Assembly (NCBI GenBank): GCA_021815305.1
Contig: JAKAHC010000004.1
Span: forward strand, 1,343 to 65,342
DNA length: 64,000 bases
Direction: 5' to 3'
Source: Deltaproteobacteria bacterium
Lineage (GTDB): Bacteria; Desulfobacterota; Deferrimicrobia; Deferrimicrobiales; Deferrimicrobiaceae
Shown here: piece by piece, positions 8,254 to 18,015 of the stretch
Numbering within the stretch: position 1 is the first letter of the stretch
How the letters are laid out: each line of letters starts with the position of its first letter
The notes under the pieces: generated by a model
What the model saw: only the letters and a program-made list of their open reading frames with translations
The model's database searches: none
Told to the model about the DNA's origin: nothing
Position numbers and translations under genes: made by a program

Positions 8254-9228
8254 TCAGTAGGCGGCCAGCGTCCGGATCGCCTCGATGATCTTCTCCTGGT
8301 TTGGGAGCACGTAATCCTCCATCGCCGGGGCGAAGGGGGTGTGGGCCTCCCTCGCCCCCAGCCGCATCACCGGGCCGTCGAGGTCCTCGAAACACTCCTG
8401 CGCGATCCGCGCCGCGATCTCCGCGCCGATCCCGCCGGTCTGCCTCGCCTCGTGGACGATGAGCGCCTTGCCCGTCTTCCGGACGGATGCGCGGATCGCA
8501 TTCATATCCAGCGGCAGGAGGGTCCGCAGGTCGATCACCTCGATGTCGACCTCCTTCGCCATGTCCCGCGCGGCCTTCATCACGGCGTGCACGGGCGAAC
8601 CGTAGGTGATCACGGACAGGTCCCCCCCTTCCTTGCGAAGCGCCGCCTTCCCGATGGGAACGACGAATTCCTCGGGCGGGATCTCTTCCTTGATCCGCCG
8701 GTAGAGGAATTTGTTCTCGAAGTAGATCACCGGGTCGTCGTCCCGGACGGCGGCCTTCATCAGGCCCTTCGCGTCGTAGGCGGTGGAGGGGGCGACGATC
8801 TTCAGGCCCGGCACGTGGAAGAACCACGCCTCCGGGTTCTGGGAATGGTAGAGCCCGCCGTGGACGCCGCCTCCCGACGGCCCCCGGATCACGATCGGGC
8901 ACGCGGTCTGTCCGCCGTGGCGGTACCTGAGGGTGGCCGCGGAGTTCACGATCTGGTCGAAGCCGCAGGAGATGAAGTCGATGAACTGCATCTCCAGGAT
9001 CGGCCGCATCCCCTGGACCGCCAGCCCCACCCCGGAACCGATGATCAGCGACTCGGAGATCGGCATGTCCACCACCCTGTCGGGGCCGTACTTGTCGAGG
9101 AGCCCGGCGGACACCTTGAATGCGCCCCCCAGGAGGCCCACGTCCTCCCCCAGGAGCACGACGTTCTTGTCCCTGTCCATCTCCTCGTCCATCGCCTGCC
9201 GTATCGCTTCGATGTAGGTGACCAGCAT
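8254..9228 (-). CDS. 2-oxoacid dehydrogenase E1 component, beta subunit
   Basis: LLGEDVG..GGAFKVS..IVIRGPSGGG, with transketolase-like C-terminal region. Confidence 0.9.
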   Translation of the reverse strand: MLVTYIEAIRQAMDEEMDRDKNVVLLGEDVGLLGGAFKVSAGLLDKYGPDRVVDMPISESLIIGSGVGLAVQGMRPILEMQFIDFISCGFDQIVNSAATLRYRHGGQTACPIVIRGPSGGGVHGGLYHSQNPEAWFFHVPGLKIVAPSTAYDAKGLMKAAVRDDDPVIYFENKFLYRRIKEEIPPEEFVVPIGKAALRKEGGDLSVITYGSPVHAVMKAARDMAKEVDIEVIDLRTLLPLDMNAIRASVRKTGKALIVHEARQTGGIGAEIAARIAQECFEDLDGPVMRLGAREAHTPFAPAMEDYVLPNQEKIIEAIRTLAAY

Positions 9229-9231
9229 GGT

Positions 9232-10209
9232 TTACCGGGCCTCCGTGTCGATCGGCATGGCGTACAGGTCCTCCATCGCCTCCGGCCCCTCGGGCGCGGG
9301 GCTGCCTTCCGCGAAGGCGACGGCATCATCCACCGCTTTCCTCACTCGCTCGGCGGTTTCGTTCCGGATCGCCTCGACGTCGTACTTCTTCTTCTCGAGG
9401 TAGACCTCCCAGAGGATCATCGGGTCCCGGCTCTCCCAGGTGATGACCTCCTCCTCCGTGCGGTAGTCCGCCCTGTCGTGCTCGGAGTGGCCGTGGTAAC
9501 GATACGTCTTGCACTCCACCAGCGTGGGTCCCTCGCCTTTCCTCGCCCGGTCGATCGCCTTCCTCGCCGTCGCCATCACGGCGTGAAGGTCGTTCCCGTT
9601 CACCACCTCGCCCTTGAATCCGTATCCCGCCGCGCGGTCCGCCACGTTGTCCACGCCGAACTGCAACTCGTTCGGGGTAGAGTACGCGTAGAAGTTGTTT
9701 TCGCACACGAAGACCACGGGGAGCTTGTGGACCCCGGCGAAGTTCATCGCCTCGTGCACGTCCCCGCGGCTGCTGGCGCCCTCCCCGAAGAAGGCGATCG
9801 CAACGCGGTCCTCTTTCCGGATCTTGAACTTGAACGCCATCCCCGCCGCCACCGGCAGGGTCGCCGCGAGCATGGAGGTCGCTCCGAAGATCCCGTTGCC
9901 CAGGTCCCCGCCGTGGAGGTAGGAGTCCTTCCCCTTGGCGAAACCGTCCCGCTTTCCGAAGATCTGCGCCATGAGCCGCCGGGGGTCCGCCCCCTTGACG
10001 AGGAACGCGCCCAGGTCCCTGTGGAGAGGGAAGATCCAGTCGTCCCACCGGAGGTCGTGGCAGAAACCCACCGTCACCGCTTCCTGCCCCTTCCCCGAGT
10101 AGACGCCGCCCATCAGCTTCCCCTGCTTGTCCATGGCGGAAATGCGGTCCTCGAATTCCCGGATCAGCCGGAGCCAGTAGTACAGTTCCCGGTCCTTCTG
10201 CTCGGTCAT
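9232..10209 (-). CDS. 2-oxoacid dehydrogenase E1 component, alpha subunit (TPP-dependent; PdhA / AcoA-like)
   Basis: GGVYSGKGQEAV..AFFGEGASSRGDVHEAMNFAG..FVCENNFYAYSTP (TPP-binding region). Confidence 0.9.
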   Translation of the reverse strand: MTEQKDRELYYWLRLIREFEDRISAMDKQGKLMGGVYSGKGQEAVTVGFCHDLRWDDWIFPLHRDLGAFLVKGADPRRLMAQIFGKRDGFAKGKDSYLHGGDLGNGIFGATSMLAATLPVAAGMAFKFKIRKEDRVAIAFFGEGASSRGDVHEAMNFAGVHKLPVVFVCENNFYAYSTPNELQFGVDNVADRAAGYGFKGEVVNGNDLHAVMATARKAIDRARKGEGPTLVECKTYRYHGHSEHDRADYRTEEEVITWESRDPMILWEVYLEKKKYDVEAIRNETAERVRKAVDDAVAFAEGSPAPEGPEAMEDLYAMPIDTEAR

Positions 10210-10228
10210 GTCGCCCTCGCCTCGCGTG

Positions 10229-11599
10229 TCAGATGTCGATCGCCTCGCCGCCCAGCATCAGCGCCGCCTCACGGACCGCCTCCGGGAGCGTGGGGTGCGC
10301 GTGGACCGTCCTGCCGATCTCGTGGAAGGTGGCCTCCAGGGACCGGGCCAGCGAAAGCTCGGCGATCATGTCCGGGGCGCCCGTTCCCAGGATGTGGCAT
10401 CCGATCACTTCCCCGTACTTCGTCTCGGAGATCATCTTGACGAACCCCTCGGTGTGCCCCGACGCGACCGCCTTGCCGAGCGCCGTGAAGGGGAATTTCG
10501 CGACCTTGAAGTCGATCCTCCTGCGCCCGGCCTCCTCTTCCGAAAGGCCGATCGTGGCCACCTCCGGGCGGCAGTAGACGCACGCGGGGATCCGGTCCGG
10601 GTCGGGTCGCCGCGCGTCCCTGCCGGCCATCGCCTCCACCGCCGCCACCCCTTCCGCGGACGCCTTGTGGGCGAGCATCATCCCCCCGGCCACGTCCCCG
10701 ACGGCCCAAATCGTCGGGCAGGCGGTCCGGAGGCGGTCGTCGACCTTGATGAACCCCTTCTCGATCTCCACCCCGCACGCCTCGAGGCCCAGGTCCCCGG
10801 AGAGGACCTTGCGCCCCACCGCCACCAGCAGCTTCTCGGAGGTGATCGCCTCCTCCTTCCCCTCCGCCATCACGGTCAGCGTCCGCCGGGCCGCATCGTA
10901 CTTCTTCGCGGGAGCGGAGGTCATCACCCGGATTCCCTGCCTGCCGAGCGATTTCTCCAGATCCTTCGCCACCTCGCGGTCGGTCCGGGGCAGGAGCTGG
11001 TCCTCCATCTCCACGATCGTGACCTCGGCGCCGAACGCCCGGTAGATGTAGGCGAACTCCACTCCCACCGCCCCGCCGCCCAAAACGATGACCGAGCGCG
11101 GCAGCTCCTCCTGCGCCAGTGCGTCGTCGCTGGTGAGGATGACCCGCCCGTCGGGCTCGATCCCCGGCAGCCCGCGGACCGTGGTGCCGGAGGCCACCAG
11201 GATGTTCTTCGCCTGGAGCTCCTCCCCACCCACCCGCACCGTCGTGGGGGAGGTCACCTTCGCCTCCGCCGGGAACAGCTCGATCCCGTTCTTCTTGAAG
11301 AGGAACGAGACGCCACGGGACATCCGGTCCGCCACCTTGCGGCCGCGGCGGATCACCTCGCCGTAGTCCGCGGACAGCCCGTCGCACCGGAGACCGAAGG
11401 AGGCCGCGTGCTTCATGTCGTCGTAGAGCTCCGCCGAGGTCAGGATGGCTTTCGACGGAATGCACCCCCGGTTGACGCACACCCCTCCCGGCTTGTCCCG
11501 CTCCGCCACCGCCACCTTCATCCCGAGCTGCGCCGCGCGGATCGCCGCCACGTAACCGCCGGGGCCGGCCCCGATCACCACCAGGTCGAACGGTTTCAT
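10229..11599 (-). CDS. lpdA: Dihydrolipoyl dehydrogenase (E3)
   Basis: FAD motif VVIGAGPGGYVAA, redox-active disulfide CVNRGCIPSK, a second Rossmann motif GGGAVGVEFA, and the C-terminal dimerisation block HAHPTLPE. Confidence 0.9.
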   Translation of the reverse strand: MKPFDLVVIGAGPGGYVAAIRAAQLGMKVAVAERDKPGGVCVNRGCIPSKAILTSAELYDDMKHAASFGLRCDGLSADYGEVIRRGRKVADRMSRGVSFLFKKNGIELFPAEAKVTSPTTVRVGGEELQAKNILVASGTTVRGLPGIEPDGRVILTSDDALAQEELPRSVIVLGGGAVGVEFAYIYRAFGAEVTIVEMEDQLLPRTDREVAKDLEKSLGRQGIRVMTSAPAKKYDAARRTLTVMAEGKEEAITSEKLLVAVGRKVLSGDLGLEACGVEIEKGFIKVDDRLRTACPTIWAVGDVAGGMMLAHKASAEGVAAVEAMAGRDARRPDPDRIPACVYCRPEVATIGLSEEEAGRRRIDFKVAKFPFTALGKAVASGHTEGFVKMISETKYGEVIGCHILGTGAPDMIAELSLARSLEATFHEIGRTVHAHPTLPEAVREAALMLGGEAIDI

Positions 11600-11615
11600 C
11601 GGTTCGTCCTTTCCG

Positions 11616-12755
11616 TCAGACCGCCGCAGACTCGATGCGCCGGACGACCTCGTTCAGGAACCGCGTCGCCTCTCCCCCGTCCACGATCCGGTGGTCGAAC
11701 GAGAGGCTCAGGTACATCATGTCGCGGGCGACGATCTCCCCGTCCCGCACCACGGGGCGCGTCACGATCCTGTGCGCGGCGAGGATGGCCGCCTCCGGAA
11801 CGTTGATGATGGGATAGCTGAACAGCCCTCCGATGGAGCCGACGCTGGTGATCGTGAACGTGCCGCCGGAGAGGTCGGAAAGGACAAGGGTCCCTCCCCG
11901 CGCCGCCTCCGAAAGCCGCTCGATCTCCCGCGCCAGTTCGATGATCGATTTCGCGCTTGCGTTGCGGACCACCGGGACGACCAGCCCGTCCTCGGTGTCC
12001 ACCGCCATCCCGATATCGTGCACCTTCTTGAGGAGGATCTCTTCCCGCTCCTCGTCCAGGGACGCATTGAGGGCAGGGTGCAGCGCAAGGGCCCCGGCGA
12101 CCGCTTCCATAAGGAAGGGCAGAATGGTGATGCGGACCCCCTCCCGTTCGCCGGCCTCCCGGAGCTTGGCGCGCGCCGCCATGATTGCCGAGACGTCCGC
12201 CTCCTCCACCAGAAGGGCGTGGGGGACACGGGTCTTGGCCTCGACCATCTTCCGGGCGATCATGCGCCGCTTCCCGCGGAACGGGACGCGCTCTTCGAGG
12301 GAGGCCGCAGACGACGGAGGGAAGGCCGGGGATTTCCCGCCCGGGGCGCGCCGCACGTCCTCCTCGGTCACGCGACCGCCGGGGCCGCTCCCGGACAGGG
12401 CGCCCAGGTCCACGCCGAGCGTTTTCGCCAGGTTCCGGACGACCGGGGTCGCCAGGACCTCCTTCCCGCCGCGCGGCACCCCGCCGGAAGGAGATGCGGA
12501 AGGCGCCGCCTTCGCGCCGGAAGGCTCGATGAGGGCCAGGGGCTCCCCCACCTTCACGACCTGGCCGGGCTGCGAGAGGATCCGCACGAGGGTCCCGCCG
12601 ACCGGTGAGGGGATCTCCACGTTGGCCTTGTCGGTCAGGACCTCTACCAGCGGATCGTCCTCCTTGACCTGCGCCCCTTCGGCGACGAGCCAGCGGACGA
12701 CCTCCCCTTCGGCGATCCCTTCCCCGATGTCGGGAAGCTTCAACTCCAGCGGCAT
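11616..12755 (-). CDS. Second dihydrolipoamide acyltransferase (E2)
   Basis: Lipoyl domain (LPDIGEGIAEGEVV..LTDKANVEIPSP), subunit-binding domain (LATPVVRNLAKTLGVDLGALSGSG) and catalytic DHRIVDG. GGGAGGG RBS upstream. Confidence 0.85.
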   Translation of the reverse strand: MPLELKLPDIGEGIAEGEVVRWLVAEGAQVKEDDPLVEVLTDKANVEIPSPVGGTLVRILSQPGQVVKVGEPLALIEPSGAKAAPSASPSGGVPRGGKEVLATPVVRNLAKTLGVDLGALSGSGPGGRVTEEDVRRAPGGKSPAFPPSSAASLEERVPFRGKRRMIARKMVEAKTRVPHALLVEEADVSAIMAARAKLREAGEREGVRITILPFLMEAVAGALALHPALNASLDEEREEILLKKVHDIGMAVDTEDGLVVPVVRNASAKSIIELAREIERLSEAARGGTLVLSDLSGGTFTITSVGSIGGLFSYPIINVPEAAILAAHRIVTRPVVRDGEIVARDMMYLSLSFDHRIVDGGEATRFLNEVVRRIESAAV

Positions 12756-12926
12756 GGCCCTCGAAGTCCCTCCCGGCGGGAATCGACCTTAAAGGGAAAT
12801 GATATTCCGATTCCCGGAGGATCCACTACACAAAATCCGACCGGGAAACCGGTTCGCGGACCGCCGCCGATCCGGAAACGCCTTGCCGGCGGGAACGCGG
12901 GAAAAGACAGGGAAGCGGGGCCCGCC

Positions 12927-14204
12927 CTACCAGAGGCGCATGGACTCCTCCACGATGCGCGTAAGGTCCTCCCGGGTCGCCGGCCGCGGGCTTCCCACGA
13001 GCAGCCGCTGTTGCTTCCATGCGCCTTCGACGAGGGCCGGGATGTCCGCCTCCGTGTACCCGATGGCGGAAAGCCCGTTCGGGCAGCCGATGTCCCGCAT
13101 CAGCTCGATGAAGGCGTCCGGGACCTTGCGGGCCGCCTCCATCGGCGACATCCCCGCCGTGTCCACCCCCAGCAGCGATGCGATGCGGGCGTGTTTGCCG
13201 GGGTCGGTGGGCGCCGTGAAGCGGAAGCTCGCGGGCGCGGGGAGCGCCACCGACAGCCCGTGGGGAACCATGGGCTCCGCCGCGTCGTACCCCGGCGGTG
13301 TCCACCCCTTCACCATCCCCGCAATCGGATATCCCAGCGCATGGGGGATGTGCACCCCCGCGTTCCCGAAGCCGATGCCGGCGAAGGTCGCGGCCATCGC
13401 CATGCGGCTCTTCGCCTCCATGTCGGCCCCGTTGTAGTACGCCCTCCGCAGGTACGTTCCCACCCATCCCACTGCCCTCTCGCTCCAGAGGTCGGAGATG
13501 GGGTTGGCGCCGACGTACGGGGGCCGGGACGCGGGATCCTTGGCCTTCGGGCGCATGTCGTAGGGCTTGATGGTGAACGACTCCGCCGCGTGGGTCAGCA
13601 CGTCCAGCCCTGTGGATGCCGTCACCGCCGCCGGCGCCGACAGGGAGTTGACCGGGTCCACGAGGGCCACGGTGGGCCGGATATGCCGGTGGGAGATGCC
13701 GGTTTTCAGATGGAGCGCCAGCAGGTCCATCACGATGACGGTGGTCGTCTCGCTTCCCGTTCCCGCGGTCGTGGGAAGGGCGATGAGGGGCGCGAGCGGC
13801 CCCGGTACCGGTTTCCCCTTCCCGATGGGCGGGTTGATGTAGTCGTACAGGTCGGCCGGGTGGGTGTGGTACAGGTTCACCGCCTTCGCGGTGTCGAGAG
13901 CGCTTCCGCCCCCCAGCCCGACGATGGCGTCGAATTCGAGACCCGCGGTCGCCTCGATCGCCCGCCGCATCGATTCGTCGGTCGGCTCGCAGCGGACCTC
14001 GTCGAAGAGGGACAGGGCGATCCCCTCGCTCTCGACGAGGGATTTCACCTTGTCGATCAGGCCGTGTTTCCACAGGCGGCGGTCCGTCACCAGCAGAACC
14101 TTCCGTGCCCCGAGGGCATTGAGCTCGTACCCCAGCTCCTCCGTGGCGCCGGCGCCGAACTTCAGCCGGGACATCGCCAGGGGGATGATGGTTTCCATTT
14201 CCAT
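12927..14204 (-). CDS. Iron-containing (group III) alcohol dehydrogenase family protein
   Basis: Fe-ADH fold signatures: RKVLLVTD..GLGGGSALDTAKA..HAL.. and G..HG metal-ligand region. 425 aa. Confidence 0.8.
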   Translation of the reverse strand: MEMETIIPLAMSRLKFGAGATEELGYELNALGARKVLLVTDRRLWKHGLIDKVKSLVESEGIALSLFDEVRCEPTDESMRRAIEATAGLEFDAIVGLGGGSALDTAKAVNLYHTHPADLYDYINPPIGKGKPVPGPLAPLIALPTTAGTGSETTTVIVMDLLALHLKTGISHRHIRPTVALVDPVNSLSAPAAVTASTGLDVLTHAAESFTIKPYDMRPKAKDPASRPPYVGANPISDLWSERAVGWVGTYLRRAYYNGADMEAKSRMAMAATFAGIGFGNAGVHIPHALGYPIAGMVKGWTPPGYDAAEPMVPHGLSVALPAPASFRFTAPTDPGKHARIASLLGVDTAGMSPMEAARKVPDAFIELMRDIGCPNGLSAIGYTEADIPALVEGAWKQQRLLVGSPRPATREDLTRIVEESMRLW

Positions 14205-14229
14205 GTCCGCCTCCCCGGTCGCGCCGGTT

Positions 14230-15684
14230 TCACTTGTCCTTCGGATCGCCGTCCTTTATGCCGATGACCTTCTTCGCCTGGCGCGCCTTCTCCGGCAGGT
14301 CCGCCTGGCGGAGCATGACGATCCGCTGGGCCTGCGGCGAGCCGGCTCCGTGCAGGGCTTCCACCAGCGTCGCCACGGAAGTCATCCCCTCGATGTAGCG
14401 GATCAGCTTCCGCTTGTCCCCGGTAGAGAACCCCTGTTTCCCCGCGAAATATTTCTCGAGCAGGCCGCCGATCTCCCCGCTGCGGAAGTCCGCGTCGGAA
14501 GGCAGGGTGGAGAGGATCCCGCCGGCGATGTCGTGGGTGAGCCGGGCGACCTGGTACACGAAGCGGGTCACGTTCTGCTTGACGGTGTTCGCCAGCAGCG
14601 GGTCCACCAGCCAGTTCCCCGCGGGCAGCTGCCTGGCCAGTGCGGAGGAGCCGACCGCTCCGGCGTAGTTGGTCTCCACGAGGTGGACGATCTCGGTGAG
14701 CTTGTCCCGGACCACGGCGTTTTTGATCGTTCCGTGGATCTCCGCCAGGAGGGCCGTGGCGCCGAGGAGGACGTCCGCGTTCCCCCCCTTGCAGCCGCCG
14801 TAGTTGGCGCGGTGCCACGCGGAGAACCGCTCCACGAGGGCTCCGGCGAACTCCCCCTCCCCGGCCATGAATACGCGCTCATCGGGGACGAAGACGTCCT
14901 CGAAGATCAGGGTGCTCTCGCCTCCGACGATTCCGAAGGGGGTGCCGCAGTCGAACCGCCCCTCCTCTTCCTTCCGCTCGTCGTTGGTCTGGCGGCCGAA
15001 GACCACGGTGACGCCCGGCGCGTCGATCGGCACGGCGCAGGTCACGGCGTAGTCTGCGCCCTCAGGGGGGAGCCCCAGCGTGGGCATCACGAGGATCTCG
15101 TGGGAATTCGCGGCGCCCGTGATGTGCGTCTTGGAGCCGCGGATCACGATCCCGTCGGACCGCCGCTCGACGATCCGGACGTACAGGTCGGGGTCGGCCT
15201 GCTGCCATGGCGGCAGCGAACGGTCCCCCTTGGGGTCGGTCATCGCCCCGGCGGACATGAGGTCCTCCCGCTGAAGGCGCAGGAGGAACTCCCGGAACCT
15301 CTTGTGGTATCCCGTGCCTTTCGCCCGGTCGATCTCGTACGTCACCGACCAGATCGCGTTGATCCCGTCGACCCCCACACACCGCTGGAAACAGGTCCCG
15401 GTCTCCCGGCCGATCAGCCGCAGCATGGCGATCTTCCGTATCAGGTCGTCCACGCTCCAGAACAGGTGGGTGAACCGGGAGATCTTCGTCCCGTCCAGAG
15501 CGGAGGTCGCCGTCATGATGTCGTCGTGCTTCCCGTTCGCCGCGAGGTCGTACGTCACGGCCGCAGTGCGGACGTGGGGCGCCAGCGCGGGATGGTCGTA
15601 GGGGTTCGCAAGCCGCTTCCCGCGGTAGAAGATCCTCGGACTGCGTCGCTTCAGGCTTTCCAGGTACTGCGTTCCGTTCATCAT
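14230..15684 (-). CDS. 4-hydroxybutyryl-CoA dehydratase / 4-hydroxyphenylacetate 3-hydroxylase (HpaB) family enzyme
   Basis: 484 aa starting MMNGTQYLESL, with a family-typical N-terminal region and acyl-CoA-dehydrogenase-like fold features. The track ORF (958 aa) is an out-of-frame read-through into the upstream gene. The true start was taken at the ATGATG overlapping the upstream stop. Confidence 0.6.
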   Translation of the reverse strand: MMNGTQYLESLKRRSPRIFYRGKRLANPYDHPALAPHVRTAAVTYDLAANGKHDDIMTATSALDGTKISRFTHLFWSVDDLIRKIAMLRLIGRETGTCFQRCVGVDGINAIWSVTYEIDRAKGTGYHKRFREFLLRLQREDLMSAGAMTDPKGDRSLPPWQQADPDLYVRIVERRSDGIVIRGSKTHITGAANSHEILVMPTLGLPPEGADYAVTCAVPIDAPGVTVVFGRQTNDERKEEEGRFDCGTPFGIVGGESTLIFEDVFVPDERVFMAGEGEFAGALVERFSAWHRANYGGCKGGNADVLLGATALLAEIHGTIKNAVVRDKLTEIVHLVETNYAGAVGSSALARQLPAGNWLVDPLLANTVKQNVTRFVYQVARLTHDIAGGILSTLPSDADFRSGEIGGLLEKYFAGKQGFSTGDKRKLIRYIEGMTSVATLVEALHGAGSPQAQRIVMLRQADLPEKARQAKKVIGIKDGDPKDK

Positions 15685-17237
15685 GTTGCACCCTCCCGGG
15701 AGCGTTCCTCCCAATCTTTCCGCAACTCTTTCTTCAGCACTTTCCCCCCGGGATTGCGCGGGATCCGGTCCGTGATCCGCACCGACACGGGCACCTTGAA
15801 ATCCGCCAGCCGTTCCCTGCAATATTCCTTCACGCTCTCGGGGTCGACGCTCTCCCCCGGAAGCGGGACGACGCTCGCGGCGGGCACCTCGCCGAAAACG
15901 GGGTGCGGGATGCCGAACACCGCCGCCTCGGCCACCCCGGGATAGCCGTAGAGGACGTTCTCGACTTCCAGGCCGAACACCTTCTCGCCGCCACGGTTGA
16001 TCATGTCCTTGGCCCGGTCGAGGATGTAGACGAGCCCTTCGTCGTCGATCCTCGCGATGTCGCCGGTCAGGAGCCACCCGTCCCGGATCGCATCGCGGGT
16101 CTTCCCCGGCGCCCCGAAATACCCCCTGACGATATGGGGCCCCTTGAGGCACAGCTCCCCGGGCTGCCCCGGCGGCAGCTTCTCCCCCTTTTCCCCGCGG
16201 ACCTCCGCCGCCGTTCCGGGGACGGGAAACCCGACTGACTCGGAACGGGCGAGGGCGAGATCGGAGGGGAGGACGGTCCCCAGGGACGAGCACTCCGTGA
16301 GCCCGTAGCAGTTGTGGAGCCTTGCGGGGAGGATCCTGCGCAGCGACAGGATCGTCTCCGGCGCCATCGGCGCGCCGCCGTACGCGGCCACGCGCACCGA
16401 CGAGAGGTCGAACCGCGCCGCGTCGGCCCGCAGGGTGATGAGCTTGTAGATCGCGGGAACAAGGAAGAGGGCGGTGGCGCGGTGCCGTTCGATCAGCTCG
16501 AGCACCTGGCGCGTGTCGTACTCCTTCTGGAGAACCACCGTCGCGCCGCACGCCATCAGGGCCACCAGTTGGGAGTTGAGCCCCGTCACGTGGAACAGGG
16601 GCAGCGTCAGCAGACCGACGTCGTCCCCGAGGTACCCCAGCGCGGCGCGGCACGAATCGACGTTGAACAGGGTGTTCCGGTGGGAGAGCATCGCCCCCTT
16701 GGGGAACCCCGTGGTCCCGGAGGTGTACAGAAGGACCGCCACGTCGTCCGGGGAAACCGGCGCGGGCGACGGTGCGGGATCGGCGGAGAGGGCTTCCCCG
16801 AAAGGGATCGTCCCCTCCCCCCCGCCGTCGACCGCGAACCAGTCCCGCACGCTGCCCGCCCCAGGGAGAAACCGGACCGGCTCGAGCCGGTCCGGCGGCG
16901 CGATTACGGCCGCGGCGGAACAGTCGGAAAGGATGTAGGCGATCTCGGGGGGAGCCAGGCGGTAGTTGACGGGGACGGCCACGCACCCCGCGGAGATGGC
17001 GCCGAAGTAGGCGACGACGAACTCCGGCACGTTCTGCAGGAGGATCGCGACACGGTCCCCCGGCGCTACGGACCGGGACCGCAGGAACGCGGCGAAGCGA
17101 AGACACCGGTCGGAAAGCTCCGCATAGGTCATTGCGCCGTCCGGAGGGAAGCGCAGCGCCGTTTTCTCCCCCTGGGACTTCCCGAGGAGGAACGGAATGT
17201 CGCCGATGGAGCGGAAGTCCGCTGGCCCGCTCACCAT
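15681..17237 (-). CDS. AMP-dependent synthetase/ligase (acyl-CoA synthetase)
   Basis: AMP-binding motif LLYTSGTTGFPKGAML, plus later GYGLTE and GDIAR..GLVYILDRAKD motifs. The start ATG sits 1 nt after the SDR stop. Confidence 0.8.
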   Translation of the reverse strand: MVSGPADFRSIGDIPFLLGKSQGEKTALRFPPDGAMTYAELSDRCLRFAAFLRSRSVAPGDRVAILLQNVPEFVVAYFGAISAGCVAVPVNYRLAPPEIAYILSDCSAAAVIAPPDRLEPVRFLPGAGSVRDWFAVDGGGEGTIPFGEALSADPAPSPAPVSPDDVAVLLYTSGTTGFPKGAMLSHRNTLFNVDSCRAALGYLGDDVGLLTLPLFHVTGLNSQLVALMACGATVVLQKEYDTRQVLELIERHRATALFLVPAIYKLITLRADAARFDLSSVRVAAYGGAPMAPETILSLRRILPARLHNCYGLTECSSLGTVLPSDLALARSESVGFPVPGTAAEVRGEKGEKLPPGQPGELCLKGPHIVRGYFGAPGKTRDAIRDGWLLTGDIARIDDEGLVYILDRAKDMINRGGEKVFGLEVENVLYGYPGVAEAAVFGIPHPVFGEVPAASVVPLPGESVDPESVKEYCRERLADFKVPVSVRITDRIPRNPGGKVLKKELRKDWEERSREGAT

Positions 17238-17995
17238 ATCGTCCACCCGCCGTCGACGTAGATCGTCTGCCCCGTGATGAAATCGGACGCTTTCGAGGCC
17301 AGGAAGACGACCGTCCCCTCGAGCTCCTCCGGCTGTCCCCAGCGCCCCATCGGGGTCCGTTCGTTGATGAACCGGAACCGTTCCGGGTCGTTGCGCAGCG
17401 TCGCGACGAGAGGCGTCTCGAAATAGGTGGGGCCGATGGCGTTCACGGTGACGTTGTGGGGGGCCCACTCGATGGCCATCACCTTCGTCATCTGCACGAT
17501 CCCCCCTTTGCTGGAGGCGTACGCAAGCTGGTTGTTCATCCCGACGGCGCCGAAGATCGAGGAGATGTTGATGACCTTGCCGCGGTTCCTGGCGATCATG
17601 TGCGGCGCCACCGCCTGGGCGACGAGGAAGTACCCCTTGAGGTTCGTGTCGAGGACCCGGTCCCACTCCTCCTCGGAAAGGTCGAGGGTCGTCTTGCGAA
17701 CGTTGACCCCCGCGTTGTTCACCAGGATGTCGATCTTCCCGAAAGCGGCGATCACGGCCGAAACCGCCTCGCGGACGCTGTCCCGCGAGAGCACGTCCAT
17801 GGGGAAGATCTCCGCGCGCACGCCGCGCTTTTCCGTTTCCTTCCGGGTGACGGAAAGGGTCGGGGCGTCGCGGGCGCAAAGGGCGAGGTCCGCCCCGCCC
17901 TTGGCCAACCCCACGGCCATCGCGCGTCCCAGCCCCTTCGATGCGCCCGTGACCAGCGCCACTTGACCCGTGAGGTCGAACAGGTCGAGTCCCAT
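17231..17995 (-). CDS. Short-chain dehydrogenase/reductase (SDR)
   Basis: VALVTGASKGLG (TGxxxGxG), NNAG, and the catalytic YASSK. Confidence 0.85.
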   Translation of the reverse strand: MGLDLFDLTGQVALVTGASKGLGRAMAVGLAKGGADLALCARDAPTLSVTRKETEKRGVRAEIFPMDVLSRDSVREAVSAVIAAFGKIDILVNNAGVNVRKTTLDLSEEEWDRVLDTNLKGYFLVAQAVAPHMIARNRGKVINISSIFGAVGMNNQLAYASSKGGIVQMTKVMAIEWAPHNVTVNAIGPTYFETPLVATLRNDPERFRFINERTPMGRWGQPEELEGTVVFLASKASDFITGQTIYVDGGWTIW

Positions 17996-18015
17996 CGCTT
18001 CCCCCGAGCGTCCTC

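Noticed and set aside
6703-10440. 1245-aa plus-strand ORF spanning lipB to E1 alpha
   Set aside because: It is antisense to five well-supported minus-strand genes and has a His/Arg/Asp/Pro-rich composition. It is an artefact of stop-codon scarcity in GC-rich sequence.
12786-12826. CGGGAATCG...CGATTCCCG hairpin between the Fe-ADH and E2 genes
   Set aside because: It has no U-tract and lies within a short intergenic region that also carries the E2 RBS. It is likely an mRNA stability element or coincidental, and the evidence is too thin to call a terminator or operator.
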